Assembly: GCA_039194325.1 (NCBI GenBank)
Contig: JBCCWC010000003.1
Location: 128,001 to 192,000 of the forward strand
Length of the DNA stretch: 64,000 nt
Source of the DNA: Myxococcota bacterium
GTDB taxonomy: Bacteria; Myxococcota_A; Polyangia; Nannocystales; Nannocystaceae
Reading direction: 5' to 3'
The number at the start of each line of letters is the position of its first letter. Position 1 is the first letter of the stretch. Made by a program: the position numbers and the translations under genes. The notes beneath the pieces are model-generated. The model saw only the letters and a program-made list of their open reading frames with translations. It was not told where the DNA came from and ran no database searches. Shown piece after piece: positions 1 through 12,687 of the stretch.

Positions 1-365
1 AGGTGATCCCCGCCGCGCACAAGCGCGAGGTGACCGTGGCCCGGGACGAGCTGCTCGGGGCGCTTCGGCGGGCCGAGGTGATGGCCCCAGAGAAAACAGC
101 CACCGTGCGCCTGAGGCTCTCGGAGGGCACGCTGGAGCTGACCGCCGACAACCCAGACCTGGGGGTGGCCCACCACGAGATCGCGGTTCAGCTGGACGGT
201 GAGCCGCTCGAGGCCGGGTTCAACGCGCGCTACCTGATGCACGCGCTCGAGGTGATCGACAGCGAAGATGTCCGGCTGCAGTTCCAAAACGAGCTCGATC
301 CCTGCGTGATCAAGCCGGGCGACGAGGCGGAATTCCTCGCGGTGGTCATGCCCATGCGGATCTGA
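1..365 (+). CDS. dnaN: DNA polymerase III beta sliding clamp, 3' part (5' end outside window)
   Basis: C-terminal clamp motifs GFNARYL and VVMPMRI; directly upstream of recF-gyrB. Confidence 0.97.
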   Translation, partial: VIPAAHKREVTVARDELLGALRRAEVMAPEKTATVRLRLSEGTLELTADNPDLGVAHHEIAVQLDGEPLEAGFNARYLMHALEVIDSEDVRLQFQNELDPCVIKPGDEAEFLAVVMPMRI

Positions 366-383
366 GAGTCTGGGAGCAGCTGC

Positions 384-1565
384 GTGCTGCTGCAGGGCCT
401 ATCGCTCCGGGACTACCGAAACCTCGCCGAAGCCGAGCTCTCGCTGGGCGAGGGCTTTACGGTCCTGCACGGCCACAACGGGGCCGGCAAGACCAACCTG
501 CTGGAGGCGGTCTACCTGGTCAGCACCCTACGCTCGTTCCGCAGCAGCGACCTGGGGGTGCTGGTACGCCACGATGCACCGGGAGCTCGGGTAGAGCTGC
601 ACGGTCACGACGCCGAGCTGGGGGTGAGCACCACCCTCGAGGTGCGGCTGGAGCGGAGGGGCAAGTCCACCCGGCGGGTGGCCTCGGCCGACGGCAAGGT
701 CGTGCGCTCGGGTGCACAGTTCTACGGTCGCGTGCGGGCGGTGTTGTTTACCCCGGAAGATCTAGGGGTGCTGCGGGGCTCACCCACGGGGCGGCGTCAG
801 TTCATGGATCGGGTGCTCTTTGCCCGCGACCGAGGTCACATCGCCGACGTGCAGGCCTACGACAAGCTGCTGCGCTCTCGCAACCGAGTGCTGCGCCAGG
901 AGGGAGGTCCCCCCCCGGCCGAGCGGGCCCAGCTGCTGGCGACCTACGAGGCGGGCCTGGCCGCCACCGGGGCGCGGCTGTGGACCCGCCGCACGCAGCT
1001 GCTGGTCGACCTACAGGAGCGCTTCTCGCAGGCGTTTCGCTCCATTCACGGCGAGGCCGGGGATCATCCCGAGGGCGATGGATCGGGGCACATCCCGCAG
1101 GCCTCGCTCCGCTATGCGTGCAAGCTCGGCGAGGTGGGCGAGACCGAACGGGAAGCCGCGCTGCTCGGTGCCCTCGGGGAGCGACGCCCGCTCGACGAGA
1201 AACGCGGGGGCACCTCGGTGGGCCCCCATCGTGACGACCTCCTGGTCGAGCTCGACGGGCAGTTGGCCGGCGACTTTGCCTCGCAGGGTCAGTCCCGCGC
1301 GCTGGTGCTCGCGTTCAAGCTCGCCGAAGTCCAGGCGGCGCGCGACCGCAGCCTCGTACCGCCGCTGTTGCTGCTCGATGACGTATCCAGCGAGCTCGAC
1401 CCGCGGCGCACCGCGCTGCTGTTTCGAACGCTGGGGCAGCAGGCCGGACAGTGCATCCTCACCACCACGTCGCCGCGCTTCATCGATCTGCCCGCGCAGG
1501 TGCAATCACGCCGGTTCAAGGTAGAACGCGGCGTGGTGACGATCGACGACCAGACCGCGAGCTGA
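384..1565 (+). CDS. recF: DNA replication and repair protein RecF
   Basis: Walker A GHNGAGKTN, GPHRDD, SQGQ and LLLDDVSSELD motifs; dnaN-recF-gyrB synteny. Confidence 0.97.
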   Translation: MLLQGLSLRDYRNLAEAELSLGEGFTVLHGHNGAGKTNLLEAVYLVSTLRSFRSSDLGVLVRHDAPGARVELHGHDAELGVSTTLEVRLERRGKSTRRVASADGKVVRSGAQFYGRVRAVLFTPEDLGVLRGSPTGRRQFMDRVLFARDRGHIADVQAYDKLLRSRNRVLRQEGGPPPAERAQLLATYEAGLAATGARLWTRRTQLLVDLQERFSQAFRSIHGEAGDHPEGDGSGHIPQASLRYACKLGEVGETEREAALLGALGERRPLDEKRGGTSVGPHRDDLLVELDGQLAGDFASQGQSRALVLAFKLAEVQAARDRSLVPPLLLLDDVSSELDPRRTALLFRTLGQQAGQCILTTTSPRFIDLPAQVQSRRFKVERGVVTIDDQTAS

Positions 1566-1708
1566 CAAAGCGATCGTTGACGCTCGGGGCGAGAGCGGGC
1601 CTATGAGGGGCATCGGCCAGGTCGATCGGGTCGGTGGCCGTCGAGGGGGGAGTATGATGCTAAAACTACCGAAATTACGGGGCTTTTTGCTCCTGGCGAG
1701 CCTGGTGA

Positions 1709-4279
<2,571 letters not shown>

Positions 4280-4354
4280 GGGGGACGGTTACTCGGGGTC
4301 GGGCGTGGTGTCGACCTCGAGCCGGTGGACGTTCGTGACGACCTCGTGCGATCT

Positions 4355-5140
4355 TCATAGTGCGGATCGAGCGGTGACCTGGACGAAGCCGGCGTCGAAG
4401 CGCAATTCGGCTTCGGGATTGCCGTTGTTGCGGAGTTCTGCTTGCGCGCGGAGCACTCCTCGGCCATATCGGTTGACGTAGCCCAGGATCTTCATGGCCT
4501 CAGCCAGCACCGGGTTGCGGTAATCATTTTGGTCTGGAAAGTTCTCGGGTCTAGCTTCGCCGTAGAGACCACCGGGACTCTGGATCTCGACCCGATCCAG
4601 GAAGCAGTAGTAGCGAATGGGCTCGTTGCTCTGATAGCTACGATGCATGACAGCGTTGAGCAGGAATTCTCGCAGCGCAGTCACCGGATAAGTTCGAGCT
4701 ACCTGCTCGCGGAGGACGGAGCCGTCGACAGGAACCGGTCGCTGTCGAACTTGTGCCTTGGTCACGATGTCAAGCTGGCGGAGTACACTGAGCAGATCAC
4801 CACTGATCTCCTGCTTGGCAATGATGTCGTCGGCCAAACTCGTACCGTTGAACTGCAAGAACTGTACGTATGCTCCAGGAAGCCACCTGCGAGGATCCTT
4901 GCCGAACAATAGGATCCCAGCGTTATTGGGTACCCGCCGCTTCAGGCTGAAGAACCGGAGTGATGCGAGCTGCTGGTCGACCGGACAGTCCGCGATAATC
5001 TCCGGGTTGATCTGCCGACGATAACCCAAGGTAAATAAGTCGAGGGCCAGATCATCGAGACTCGCGCCTCGACACGGCATCAGATCGCTCTCGAGATCGG
5101 CCATCAAGGCGCGTAGCTCGTTGTCGTTGGGGGCGGTCAC
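4355..5140 (-). pseudogene. AlbA_2/Schlafen-type + HATPase_c_4 (RecG C-terminal-like) protein apparently lacking its N-terminal AlbA_2 domain
   Basis: ALREFLLNAVMHRSY, DRVEIQSPGGL, YRNPVLAEAM, GRGV motifs; N-terminal LMADLESD joins directly to LMPCRGASLDDL; lower GC than flanks. Confidence 0.65.
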
Positions 5141-5198
5141 GCCAGGAGACGATAGCGTTTCGTGCGATCGGTGTCTCGCGTGCGGAAGCCGGCGCTCG

Positions 5199-8069
5199 TC
5201 AATCGCTCGATCCCCGCGGATGCTCTGCTAGCCAGGCGTCGAGTTTCGCGGGCAGGTCATCCTCGTCCCGGGCCGGTCGGTCGACCAGCGCACGGGCTCG
5301 CTCGATCTCACCTCTGGCCTCGTCGGGCTTGCTGGCGGCCCACAGGGCGGTGGCGAGCTCGTAGCGGGCCTTCGCCACCTGTTCGGGATCGATCTCGGCA
5401 CCTCCGAGCAGCGCGACCGCCCGCCTCATGTCTGCCACGGCGCGCTCGAATTGCTTCGTGTCCAAGTACGCCTGACCCCGGCCCAGCAGCAGCGGCGACA
5501 ACTCCGGGTGATCCGGGCCGAGCGCACGCTCGATCATCGCGCTCGCTTCATCGTAGCTCGCGATGGCCTGGTCGGTTCGTCCCGTCGCTCGGTCGACGTT
5601 GGCGAGGTTACCGATCGCACCGGCGAGCTCGGGGTGATCGGTGTGCAGATGCTCTTCGTAGATCTCCCGGGCCTCGACAAGGGCCACCCGAGCGTCAGCG
5701 TAGCGCTCGACATCGTAGTAGAACGCCCCGAGGTTCGACAGGGCGCGCGCCACCAAGAAATCACGAGGGCCCACAATCCGCACCAGCAAGTCGCGGGCCT
5801 GCTCCTGCAAGCGCAGCGCCTCGCCGACGTTGCCGCGGTAGTACTCGTTGTTGGAGAGATTGATGAGCAGCTGTGGATAGTGGGGATGCTCCCGCCCGAC
5901 TGAACGCTCCAGCAATTCGAGGGCCCGCCTCGTGTGCTCGGCCGAGTCGTCCAGCTTACCCATCGCCTGCTCGATGATCCCCAGGTTGCCATGGGTAGTG
6001 GCGATCATCGGGTGAGAGGGGCCATAGACTTCGACGCGATCGGCGAGCGTACGCTCGATGAGCGCACGAGCCTCGGCGCTGTCGCCCAGATCGTGCAAGA
6101 CCATCGCGAGGTTGCTGCGTACGACGAGAGTCGTTGGATGTCGTGGACCCAGCGTTTGCTCGCGGGCTTCGAGGGCTCGCTCGAAGTGCTCGCGAGCCAC
6201 GCCCAGCTCGCCGCGGGACCAGTGAAAGTTGCCCAGGGTGCTCTCGAGGAAGGTCTTGGCCTCGCGAGCATCGGAGAGGCGACCGATCGCCGCGCGAGCG
6301 TGGCGAACCCAGCGCTCGGACTCTTCGGGTCGTCGCAGCTTGCTGCCCACGACATAGATCAGCTCCGTGCTGATCTCGGCCACCAGCTCGTCATGATTCG
6401 CGCCCTGAGCGATCATCACGGCTTCGTTCATCTCCCGCTCAGCCGCTTGGTATCGACCGTCGCTCTCGAGGACCCGCGCCAGCAGGTACCTCACCTCGGC
6501 CAAGAAGGGGGCATAGCCCAGAGGCTCGGCTCGTGCGATCACCTCCTGGGCGAGCGCCTCGGCCGAGGTGTACTGACCCGCGCGTAGCTTGGCCTTTGCC
6601 TCGGCCAGGTCCCGCCGAGCTCGCTCGACTTGCTGGGCCACCGCCGGCGGCGGAGGCGGGAGAGTCGCCGCGAGGGCGTCGTCATCGCAATCGTCGGGCG
6701 ACTCGAGGCTGCTGAGCACCCGCACGGCATTGCGCACGGTAGCCGCGTCGGCTTGTTCTAGCACGGCGATCACTCCCCGAAGCTCGTCCGTGCGTCGCTC
6801 CAAGCAGGTGACCCTCCGGTCGAGCTGCTGGGCGGGGACCGAGCGGCTCACCCGTGCGCCGCACGCCTGTCGACGAGCTTCGGCGAGAGCCGAGGCGTAT
6901 TCATCCAGATGGTCGCGTACACGCGGCCAGGTCTCTTCGACATACGATAGCGCCGATCGGGTGAACGCTTGGTGCACTTGCTCTTGCACGGCGGAGCTCC
7001 AGATCTGCTCCACCACTTCGGCCTGTGGTTCACAGCTCGTCAACACGGACGAGCCGGCGTAGAGCAGCCCGCTAGCGGCGACGGCGGTCGCACCCGCGAC
7101 CGCCAGCCATGGCCAGGGGGATCGTCGGCGCGGCTTCAGGCGCTCAAGCAGCGCGTCCATTGAGGGCCAGCGATCCTCGGGCGATGGGCTCAGCCCCCGC
7201 AGCACCACGTCGCGCAGGGTCGCCGGTACATCGACCCCGGAGGGGAACTGCACATCGCCGGTGACCGCCTGGGCGGCCACCTCCTTGGCGGTCTTGCCCA
7301 CGAAGGGTCGCGCACCCCACAGCGCTTCGAACAGCGAGATGCAAAAGCTGAACTGGTCGCTCTGCGCATCCACGGGGTCACCACAGTGGGACTCGGGCGA
7401 CATATAGGCCGGGGTGCCGACCACGAAACCGGTGGCCGTCATCCGAACGTCGGTCGGATCCTCGTCGAGCGAGCCCAAGGTGGCCTTGGCCTCGTGCTCT
7501 CGGGGAGGCGCCGCCAGCCCGAAATCCACCACGCGCACCCGGCCATCCACCCCCCGCAGCACATTGGCCGGCTTGAAATCGCGGTGGACGAGGCCGGCGT
7601 GGTGCGCGGCGGCCAGCCCTCGCCCCGCCTGAAGATAGGCATCGATCACCACCGCTCGCGAGGGTGCGTCGTTGCGCTGCCATGCATCGAGGGTCTGGCC
7701 CGCGACGTACTCCATGGCGACGAAGACCTGGCCGTGTGCGATGCCCACGTCGAATACGTCGATCACGTTGGGGTGGGAGAGCTTGGCCAGCGCCTGAGCC
7801 TCGCGCTGCAGTCGGGCGTGGCCGTTGCGATCCTTGCTCGTGTTCGAGCGCAGCAGCTTGATGGCGACCTCTCGATCGAGCCGGGGATCGTGGGCACGCA
7901 ACACCACGCCCATGGAGCCCGAGCCGATCTGCTCGCTGACTTCGTAGCGGCCGACCCGGGTCGGGATCGGCGACGGCTCCATCATCAGCTGATCGGTCGC
8001 GATGGTCGCTTCGAGCCGATCATCGCTGGCGAGGCCCTCCGTAGTGCCTGTGACCTCCTTCCAGCTCAC
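5199..8069 (-). CDS. Membrane-anchored Ser/Thr protein kinase with C-terminal TPR repeats
   Basis: GSGSMGVV, VAIK, HRDFKPAN, DFG, GTPAYMSPE; TM segment; multiple GPxHP-type TPR units. Confidence 0.95.
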   Translation of the reverse strand: MSWKEVTGTTEGLASDDRLEATIATDQLMMEPSPIPTRVGRYEVSEQIGSGSMGVVLRAHDPRLDREVAIKLLRSNTSKDRNGHARLQREAQALAKLSHPNVIDVFDVGIAHGQVFVAMEYVAGQTLDAWQRNDAPSRAVVIDAYLQAGRGLAAAHHAGLVHRDFKPANVLRGVDGRVRVVDFGLAAPPREHEAKATLGSLDEDPTDVRMTATGFVVGTPAYMSPESHCGDPVDAQSDQFSFCISLFEALWGARPFVGKTAKEVAAQAVTGDVQFPSGVDVPATLRDVVLRGLSPSPEDRWPSMDALLERLKPRRRSPWPWLAVAGATAVAASGLLYAGSSVLTSCEPQAEVVEQIWSSAVQEQVHQAFTRSALSYVEETWPRVRDHLDEYASALAEARRQACGARVSRSVPAQQLDRRVTCLERRTDELRGVIAVLEQADAATVRNAVRVLSSLESPDDCDDDALAATLPPPPPAVAQQVERARRDLAEAKAKLRAGQYTSAEALAQEVIARAEPLGYAPFLAEVRYLLARVLESDGRYQAAEREMNEAVMIAQGANHDELVAEISTELIYVVGSKLRRPEESERWVRHARAAIGRLSDAREAKTFLESTLGNFHWSRGELGVAREHFERALEAREQTLGPRHPTTLVVRSNLAMVLHDLGDSAEARALIERTLADRVEVYGPSHPMIATTHGNLGIIEQAMGKLDDSAEHTRRALELLERSVGREHPHYPQLLINLSNNEYYRGNVGEALRLQEQARDLLVRIVGPRDFLVARALSNLGAFYYDVERYADARVALVEAREIYEEHLHTDHPELAGAIGNLANVDRATGRTDQAIASYDEASAMIERALGPDHPELSPLLLGRGQAYLDTKQFERAVADMRRAVALLGGAEIDPEQVAKARYELATALWAASKPDEARGEIERARALVDRPARDEDDLPAKLDAWLAEHPRGSSD

Positions 8070-8396
8070 GTGCTCAGTCTAGCCGCGCGATCGCGCGAGC
8101 GGGGAAGGCATATAGAACAGCGATGCGATCGTACGCAGGTCGTCCTACCTGATTGCCTCGCGGGCGCGGACCTCCCGCTGGCACGATAGCGACCCGATCC
8201 TGGCCTAAGCTGGCTCGTTTGGACCATTTGTGGCGGAGCGGCGAACGAGTCGACGGCGGGGTGGCGGGACCGTGAAACCTCCCCCGACCCTCGGGGTACC
8301 GCCGTTGCTCGCGGAGATCCCAAACCCGAACCGGCGCCCGAGGGGAACTTCGTGGTCGACCGATTGTCCGGGCCCTCGAAGACGGAGGTCCGTGTC

Positions 8397-8927
8397 ATGT
8401 TCAAGCGAAGTCGTAAGAACGCCGAGGACGAGGAGCGCGAGGCGAACCTCATCCCGGTGCTGAGCTGTCTATTCTTGCTGATCCCTGCCTTGCTCCTGGC
8501 GATGGAGATCGCCCCCTTCACCTCGGTTCGCGTGGAGACGCCCCGCTGGGGCGAGCTATCCGACCAGACCGCCGAGCCGCCGACCAAGGAGCCCCTGCGC
8601 TTCCGAGTGCACGTGCGACAAGACGGGTTCACCGCCCGCTATGGCTCTTCCGCCGAGTCCGAGCGCGAGATCGACATCCCGCTCGACAGTGACGGCACCC
8701 ACGACTACGCCGCCCTCGAGGCCCGGGCGCAGGAGCTCAAGGCCCTGTTTCCCGAGGACATCAAGGTCGACGTCTCGGCTGAGTCCAGCGTTGACTACGG
8801 CACCTTGGTCCAGTCCATGGATGCTCTGCGGGGCCGTGACTGCTCGCTCAAAGGGGCGCTCTATGGCGAGCAGCCGCCGGCGGAGTGCTACTTCTGGAAC
8901 GTGATCGTGCAGTCCAGCACGGTCTAA
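8397..8927 (+). CDS. ExbD/TolR family biopolymer transport protein
   Basis: N-terminal EANLIPVLSCLFLLIPALL TM, AESSVDYGTLVQSMDALR motif; GGAGGT RBS before ATG 8397. Confidence 0.8.
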   Translation: MFKRSRKNAEDEEREANLIPVLSCLFLLIPALLLAMEIAPFTSVRVETPRWGELSDQTAEPPTKEPLRFRVHVRQDGFTARYGSSAESEREIDIPLDSDGTHDYAALEARAQELKALFPEDIKVDVSAESSVDYGTLVQSMDALRGRDCSLKGALYGEQPPAECYFWNVIVQSSTV

Positions 8928-8950
8928 GCGCTATCGGCGACGGCGCTCCT

Positions 8951-9469
8951 TCAGCTCTTGGGCAGCTCGGCGCCCCAGTCTAGCTTGTCCCCGCAGTGCA
9001 GCATCATCGCTCCCTCGTAGGGATTCATGATCTTGCCTTGCTTTTGCACCCACAGGCCGCCTTTGCCGCCGAAGGTCATGGAGCAGTGCACGATCGTGTG
9101 CCCCGCCTGCTTGTCGGGATGGGCTGCGAGGTACTCGATGATGCCGCCGCTCATCTTCTTGAAGGCGGTGCGGGAGGTCTGGATGTCCTGGGCGCCGATC
9201 CGGCCGGCGCCCAGCACGATCGCATCCATGCCGGGTTCTCCCTGTCGAGACTCGGTGGCCTTGATGACCTGGGCGCCGAGCTCGGACAGCTCGTCGAGCT
9301 TGTCGGCGGCCAGGATGTCGCCGATCGCGAGATAGGGCGTCAGCAGGGTGCCGTCGGCCGCCTGCTGGGCCTTGTCCTCGCCGCTGCAGGCCGCTAGCAG
9401 CGCTGTGGAGACTACCAGCGTCAGGCTCGTCTGTCCGAGCGTCGTGGCAAGCTTCTTGGCGAACGTCAT
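8951..9469 (-). CDS. DUF3347-domain putative metal-binding lipoprotein
   Basis: Lipobox LAAC; HCSM...WVQ...IMNPYEGAMMLHCG signature of DUF3347-type proteins. Confidence 0.8.
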   Translation of the reverse strand: MTFAKKLATTLGQTSLTLVVSTALLAACSGEDKAQQAADGTLLTPYLAIGDILAADKLDELSELGAQVIKATESRQGEPGMDAIVLGAGRIGAQDIQTSRTAFKKMSGGIIEYLAAHPDKQAGHTIVHCSMTFGGKGGLWVQKQGKIMNPYEGAMMLHCGDKLDWGAELPKS

Positions 9470-9526
9470 GACGAAGCTGCCATACCACACGCATGGTAGC
9501 TGGGGTAGAGTCCGGCCGTTTCCACG

Positions 9527-11395
9527 ATGTTCGTCTCGATCCCGTTGGCCGTGGCGTCTATTGCTCTGACCTTGGCGCCGGACGCGGCGAGCCCGGAGCC
9601 TTCGCCGGGTCCCAAGTCGGAGAGCGGATCGGAGAGCGGATCGGAGAGCGGATCGGATCTAGGCGAGCGCGTAGTCGAGGATGCTGCCGAATCCACGATC
9701 GCGCCCGGCGATCTGGCCCCTTCGAACGCGGACTCGCCCGACGATGAAGGACCCGAACCCGGCGCGGGTGGCGGCTTCTTCGACGCAGATCAAGTACACG
9801 AGGGTGAGAACCCCGAGCCTACCGCACCGCCGATGCCGGAGATCGAGCAGCTGCCCTCTCGCGATGGGGGAGCGCCGCCGATGCCGGAGATCGAAGAGAT
9901 TCCGCCCCGCGGCGAAGATGACCAGGCACCCAAAGGCAAGCGCCGTCGTTTGTTCGATCTCAAGCCCCCCGGGCCCGACCGAGAGCCCGCCGGGATCGAC
10001 GGTGGCAGTTTCTTCGATCCGGGCAAGCTGGAGGACACGGGCCCCTCGGGCGGCGCGATCCAGATCCGAGGCTATGTCGCCGCCAACTTCTTCGTGACCA
10101 TGCGAACCAACACGTTCGCCCGCGAAGACGACGGCACCTTCGAGCGGCTCTCCCCCCAGCCCTTTTTCGACGTCAGCTCCGCCACCCTCTACGTGGGAGC
10201 GCCGGTCTTCGCCGACGTGGTGTACGCGCGGATGAGCCTGGAGTTCTTGTCAATTCCGCAGCAGCAGATCGTGCCCTCGCGGCCCGACGTGATCGCCCAG
10301 CCCAACCGGCAGCTGTACTTCGAGTCGGCGGCCGTCGAGATCAACCCCTTCACCTGGGCCAAGAGCGCGGGGCGATGGTTTCGCGAGGGCTTCAAGCTCA
10401 GCGCGGGGGTGTTCATCTTGCCCTTCGGGCTCGAGGACGAGTCGCACGCCAACCCCGCCAACTGGTTCATCGGACGTCCGCGCTCGATGACCTCGGGCCG
10501 CGTCTACCCGGGCACGTGGACCGACGTGGGCGCGATGGTGAAGTGGAAGCCCACCTTCCGCGACGAGCAGCCGATCCGCCCGATCGAGATCGACTTTGGG
10601 GTGGTCAACGGCGATCCCTGCACCCAGACCCGCTTCCTCGACGCGCTGTTCCAGCCCGACCAGGGCCCGCTGCGCTGCCCTCGGGTTCGGCGGCCCGGCG
10701 AGGTGAGCGATCCTTCGGCGCTCGACCCGGGGCAGGGGCCTCCGCGGATCAACGTGGGCTTCTTCGGGGTCGCGCCCGACAACAACACCAACAAGTCGCT
10801 GTTCGGTCGGGTGCAGGCGTTTCCGATCCCGTCGATCAACGTGGGAGGTTCGGTGGTGTGGGGCAAGCACCCCGAGGCGATCTTGCCCACCGGCGGCCAG
10901 ACCACGGTGGATCTGGAGCAGGGTGGCTCTTTGCGCGCGGGCGGCCACCTTGAGGTCATCTTCGAGGATATGTTCGAGACCAAGGCTCCCTTGCCGCACC
11001 TACGGGCCGAGGTGGTCTACGGTCTCGACCGAGCGATCGACACGGTGGCCACCGCCGATCGCCGCATGCTGGGGGGCTACGCTCAGATCGCCCAGCCCCT
11101 GTTTCGCCGCAAGAAGACCCGCCTGCCCGGGCTCATCGTGCAGTACCGCTTCGATCACGCCGATCCTTCGCTCGATACCCCGGGGGAAGTCAACGGAGTG
11201 CCGATCGTCTCCGATTTTGCCGACACGATCCACGCGGGTGAGTCGACCCAGCAAGGGCATACGATCGGCCTGCGCTTTCCGGTGCTGCCGCGGTTCATGA
11301 TCAAGGCCGAATACACGTTCTTGCGTGAAGACGGCGGGCCTACCAACCAGCTGTACGACGATCTGTTCGGGCTGGAGCTGGTCGCGGATTTCTGA
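9527..11395 (+). CDS. Outer-membrane beta-barrel (porin-like) with acidic/Pro-rich N-terminal extension
   Basis: Signal peptide; GVFILPFGLE, NNTNKSLFGRV, IKAEY and terminal LELVADF strand typical of porin O/P-like barrels. Confidence 0.75.
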   Translation: MFVSIPLAVASIALTLAPDAASPEPSPGPKSESGSESGSESGSDLGERVVEDAAESTIAPGDLAPSNADSPDDEGPEPGAGGGFFDADQVHEGENPEPTAPPMPEIEQLPSRDGGAPPMPEIEEIPPRGEDDQAPKGKRRRLFDLKPPGPDREPAGIDGGSFFDPGKLEDTGPSGGAIQIRGYVAANFFVTMRTNTFAREDDGTFERLSPQPFFDVSSATLYVGAPVFADVVYARMSLEFLSIPQQQIVPSRPDVIAQPNRQLYFESAAVEINPFTWAKSAGRWFREGFKLSAGVFILPFGLEDESHANPANWFIGRPRSMTSGRVYPGTWTDVGAMVKWKPTFRDEQPIRPIEIDFGVVNGDPCTQTRFLDALFQPDQGPLRCPRVRRPGEVSDPSALDPGQGPPRINVGFFGVAPDNNTNKSLFGRVQAFPIPSINVGGSVVWGKHPEAILPTGGQTTVDLEQGGSLRAGGHLEVIFEDMFETKAPLPHLRAEVVYGLDRAIDTVATADRRMLGGYAQIAQPLFRRKKTRLPGLIVQYRFDHADPSLDTPGEVNGVPIVSDFADTIHAGESTQQGHTIGLRFPVLPRFMIKAEYTFLREDGGPTNQLYDDLFGLELVADF

Positions 11396-11415
11396 GGAGC
11401 CTAGGAGAAGCAACG

Positions 11416-12687
11416 ATGCTAACACTAGTCGAAGCTCTGAACTATCGCTGTCTGCGTTTCGTGCGGAGGCCACTATCATCATTTCAGGTCATGGTAGGAC
11501 CCAATGCGAGCGGAAAGACTACATTTCTAGACATCATCTCCTTTATGCGTGATCTTCTATCGGAGGGGTTGGAGCCTGCGGTCCGTATGCGAACTCAAGA
11601 CTTCCGAGATCTCGTGTGGCAGCGAGCTGAATCCGGGTTCTTCGAGATGGCCGTAGAGGCAAAGGTACCTGTGGATCGTAGGCAGAAAATCAACTCTCGA
11701 CTAGAGTATGATTATGTTCGGTACCAGATTAGAATAAGTCTCAACGAAGAGCGAAATCAATACGGTATAGAAGAGGAATCAGTATTTTTGCTCAGTGATG
11801 AGGTAGATGAAGGAAATTCTTCACGAGAATCGTTTCCACTTCCACTGCAATCTCCTGATTCGATCCTGCTGTCATCATCGAGCCCTCAAGTACAACAGGT
11901 GATCAACAAAAGATCCGATGGGAATGACAGTTTCATTCCAGAAGCAGACATAGGAAAAGGCGCTCCTATATGGACTCCCTCGTTTCGACTTGGGCCGCGC
12001 AAGTCCGCTCTGGCGAATCTGCCCGACGACGAGGAGAAGTTCCCCGTATGCACATGGCTTCGCGAGCTCCTACTGGCCGGCGTGCAAAAGCTCATGCTCA
12101 ACAGCCTTGTGCTGCGAGAAGCGAGCCCGCCGGGGATGGGGCGTTCATTCCGACCTGATGGCTCGAATTTACCGTGGGTCATCAGTGATCTCGAAAAGAA
12201 TGATCCCGAGCGAGTAACGGCCTGGATCGAGCACCTGGGAACCGCTCTGCTGGACATCGAAGGCTTGAGGACATCGGAGATCCCCGATGTTCACCGGCGG
12301 TTCTTGAGCATCAAGTATCGAGGTGGGCTCGAAGTACCTTCGTGGACAGCATCGGACGGCACGCTGCGAATGCTCGCTCTGACTCTGCTGGCATATCTCC
12401 CCAATCTCTCCGGAATATTCTTGATCGAAGAACCAGAGAACGGAATTCATCCCAAAGCGGTCGAGGCGGTATTCCAGTCGCTCCGCTCCGTGCTTGGCGC
12501 GCAAGTCTTGATGGCGACCCATTCGCCGGTAATCCTTGCAATGGCCGATCCTGGTGATGTTCTCTGTTTTGCAAAGGACGAGTCAGGCGCAACCGACATC
12601 GTGACCGGAGCAGAGCATCCAGCACTCAGGGAGTGGAAAGGCAACCCCTCCCTGGGTACATTGTTTGCCGGCGGTGTTCTGGGATGA
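11416..12687 (+). CDS. ABC-type/AAA ATPase, Mad3-like defence-associated
   Basis: Walker A GPNASGKT, signature ASDGTLR, Walker B IEEPENGIHP, H-loop ATHSP; lower GC. Confidence 0.85.
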   Translation: MLTLVEALNYRCLRFVRRPLSSFQVMVGPNASGKTTFLDIISFMRDLLSEGLEPAVRMRTQDFRDLVWQRAESGFFEMAVEAKVPVDRRQKINSRLEYDYVRYQIRISLNEERNQYGIEEESVFLLSDEVDEGNSSRESFPLPLQSPDSILLSSSSPQVQQVINKRSDGNDSFIPEADIGKGAPIWTPSFRLGPRKSALANLPDDEEKFPVCTWLRELLLAGVQKLMLNSLVLREASPPGMGRSFRPDGSNLPWVISDLEKNDPERVTAWIEHLGTALLDIEGLRTSEIPDVHRRFLSIKYRGGLEVPSWTASDGTLRMLALTLLAYLPNLSGIFLIEEPENGIHPKAVEAVFQSLRSVLGAQVLMATHSPVILAMADPGDVLCFAKDESGATDIVTGAEHPALREWKGNPSLGTLFAGGVLG

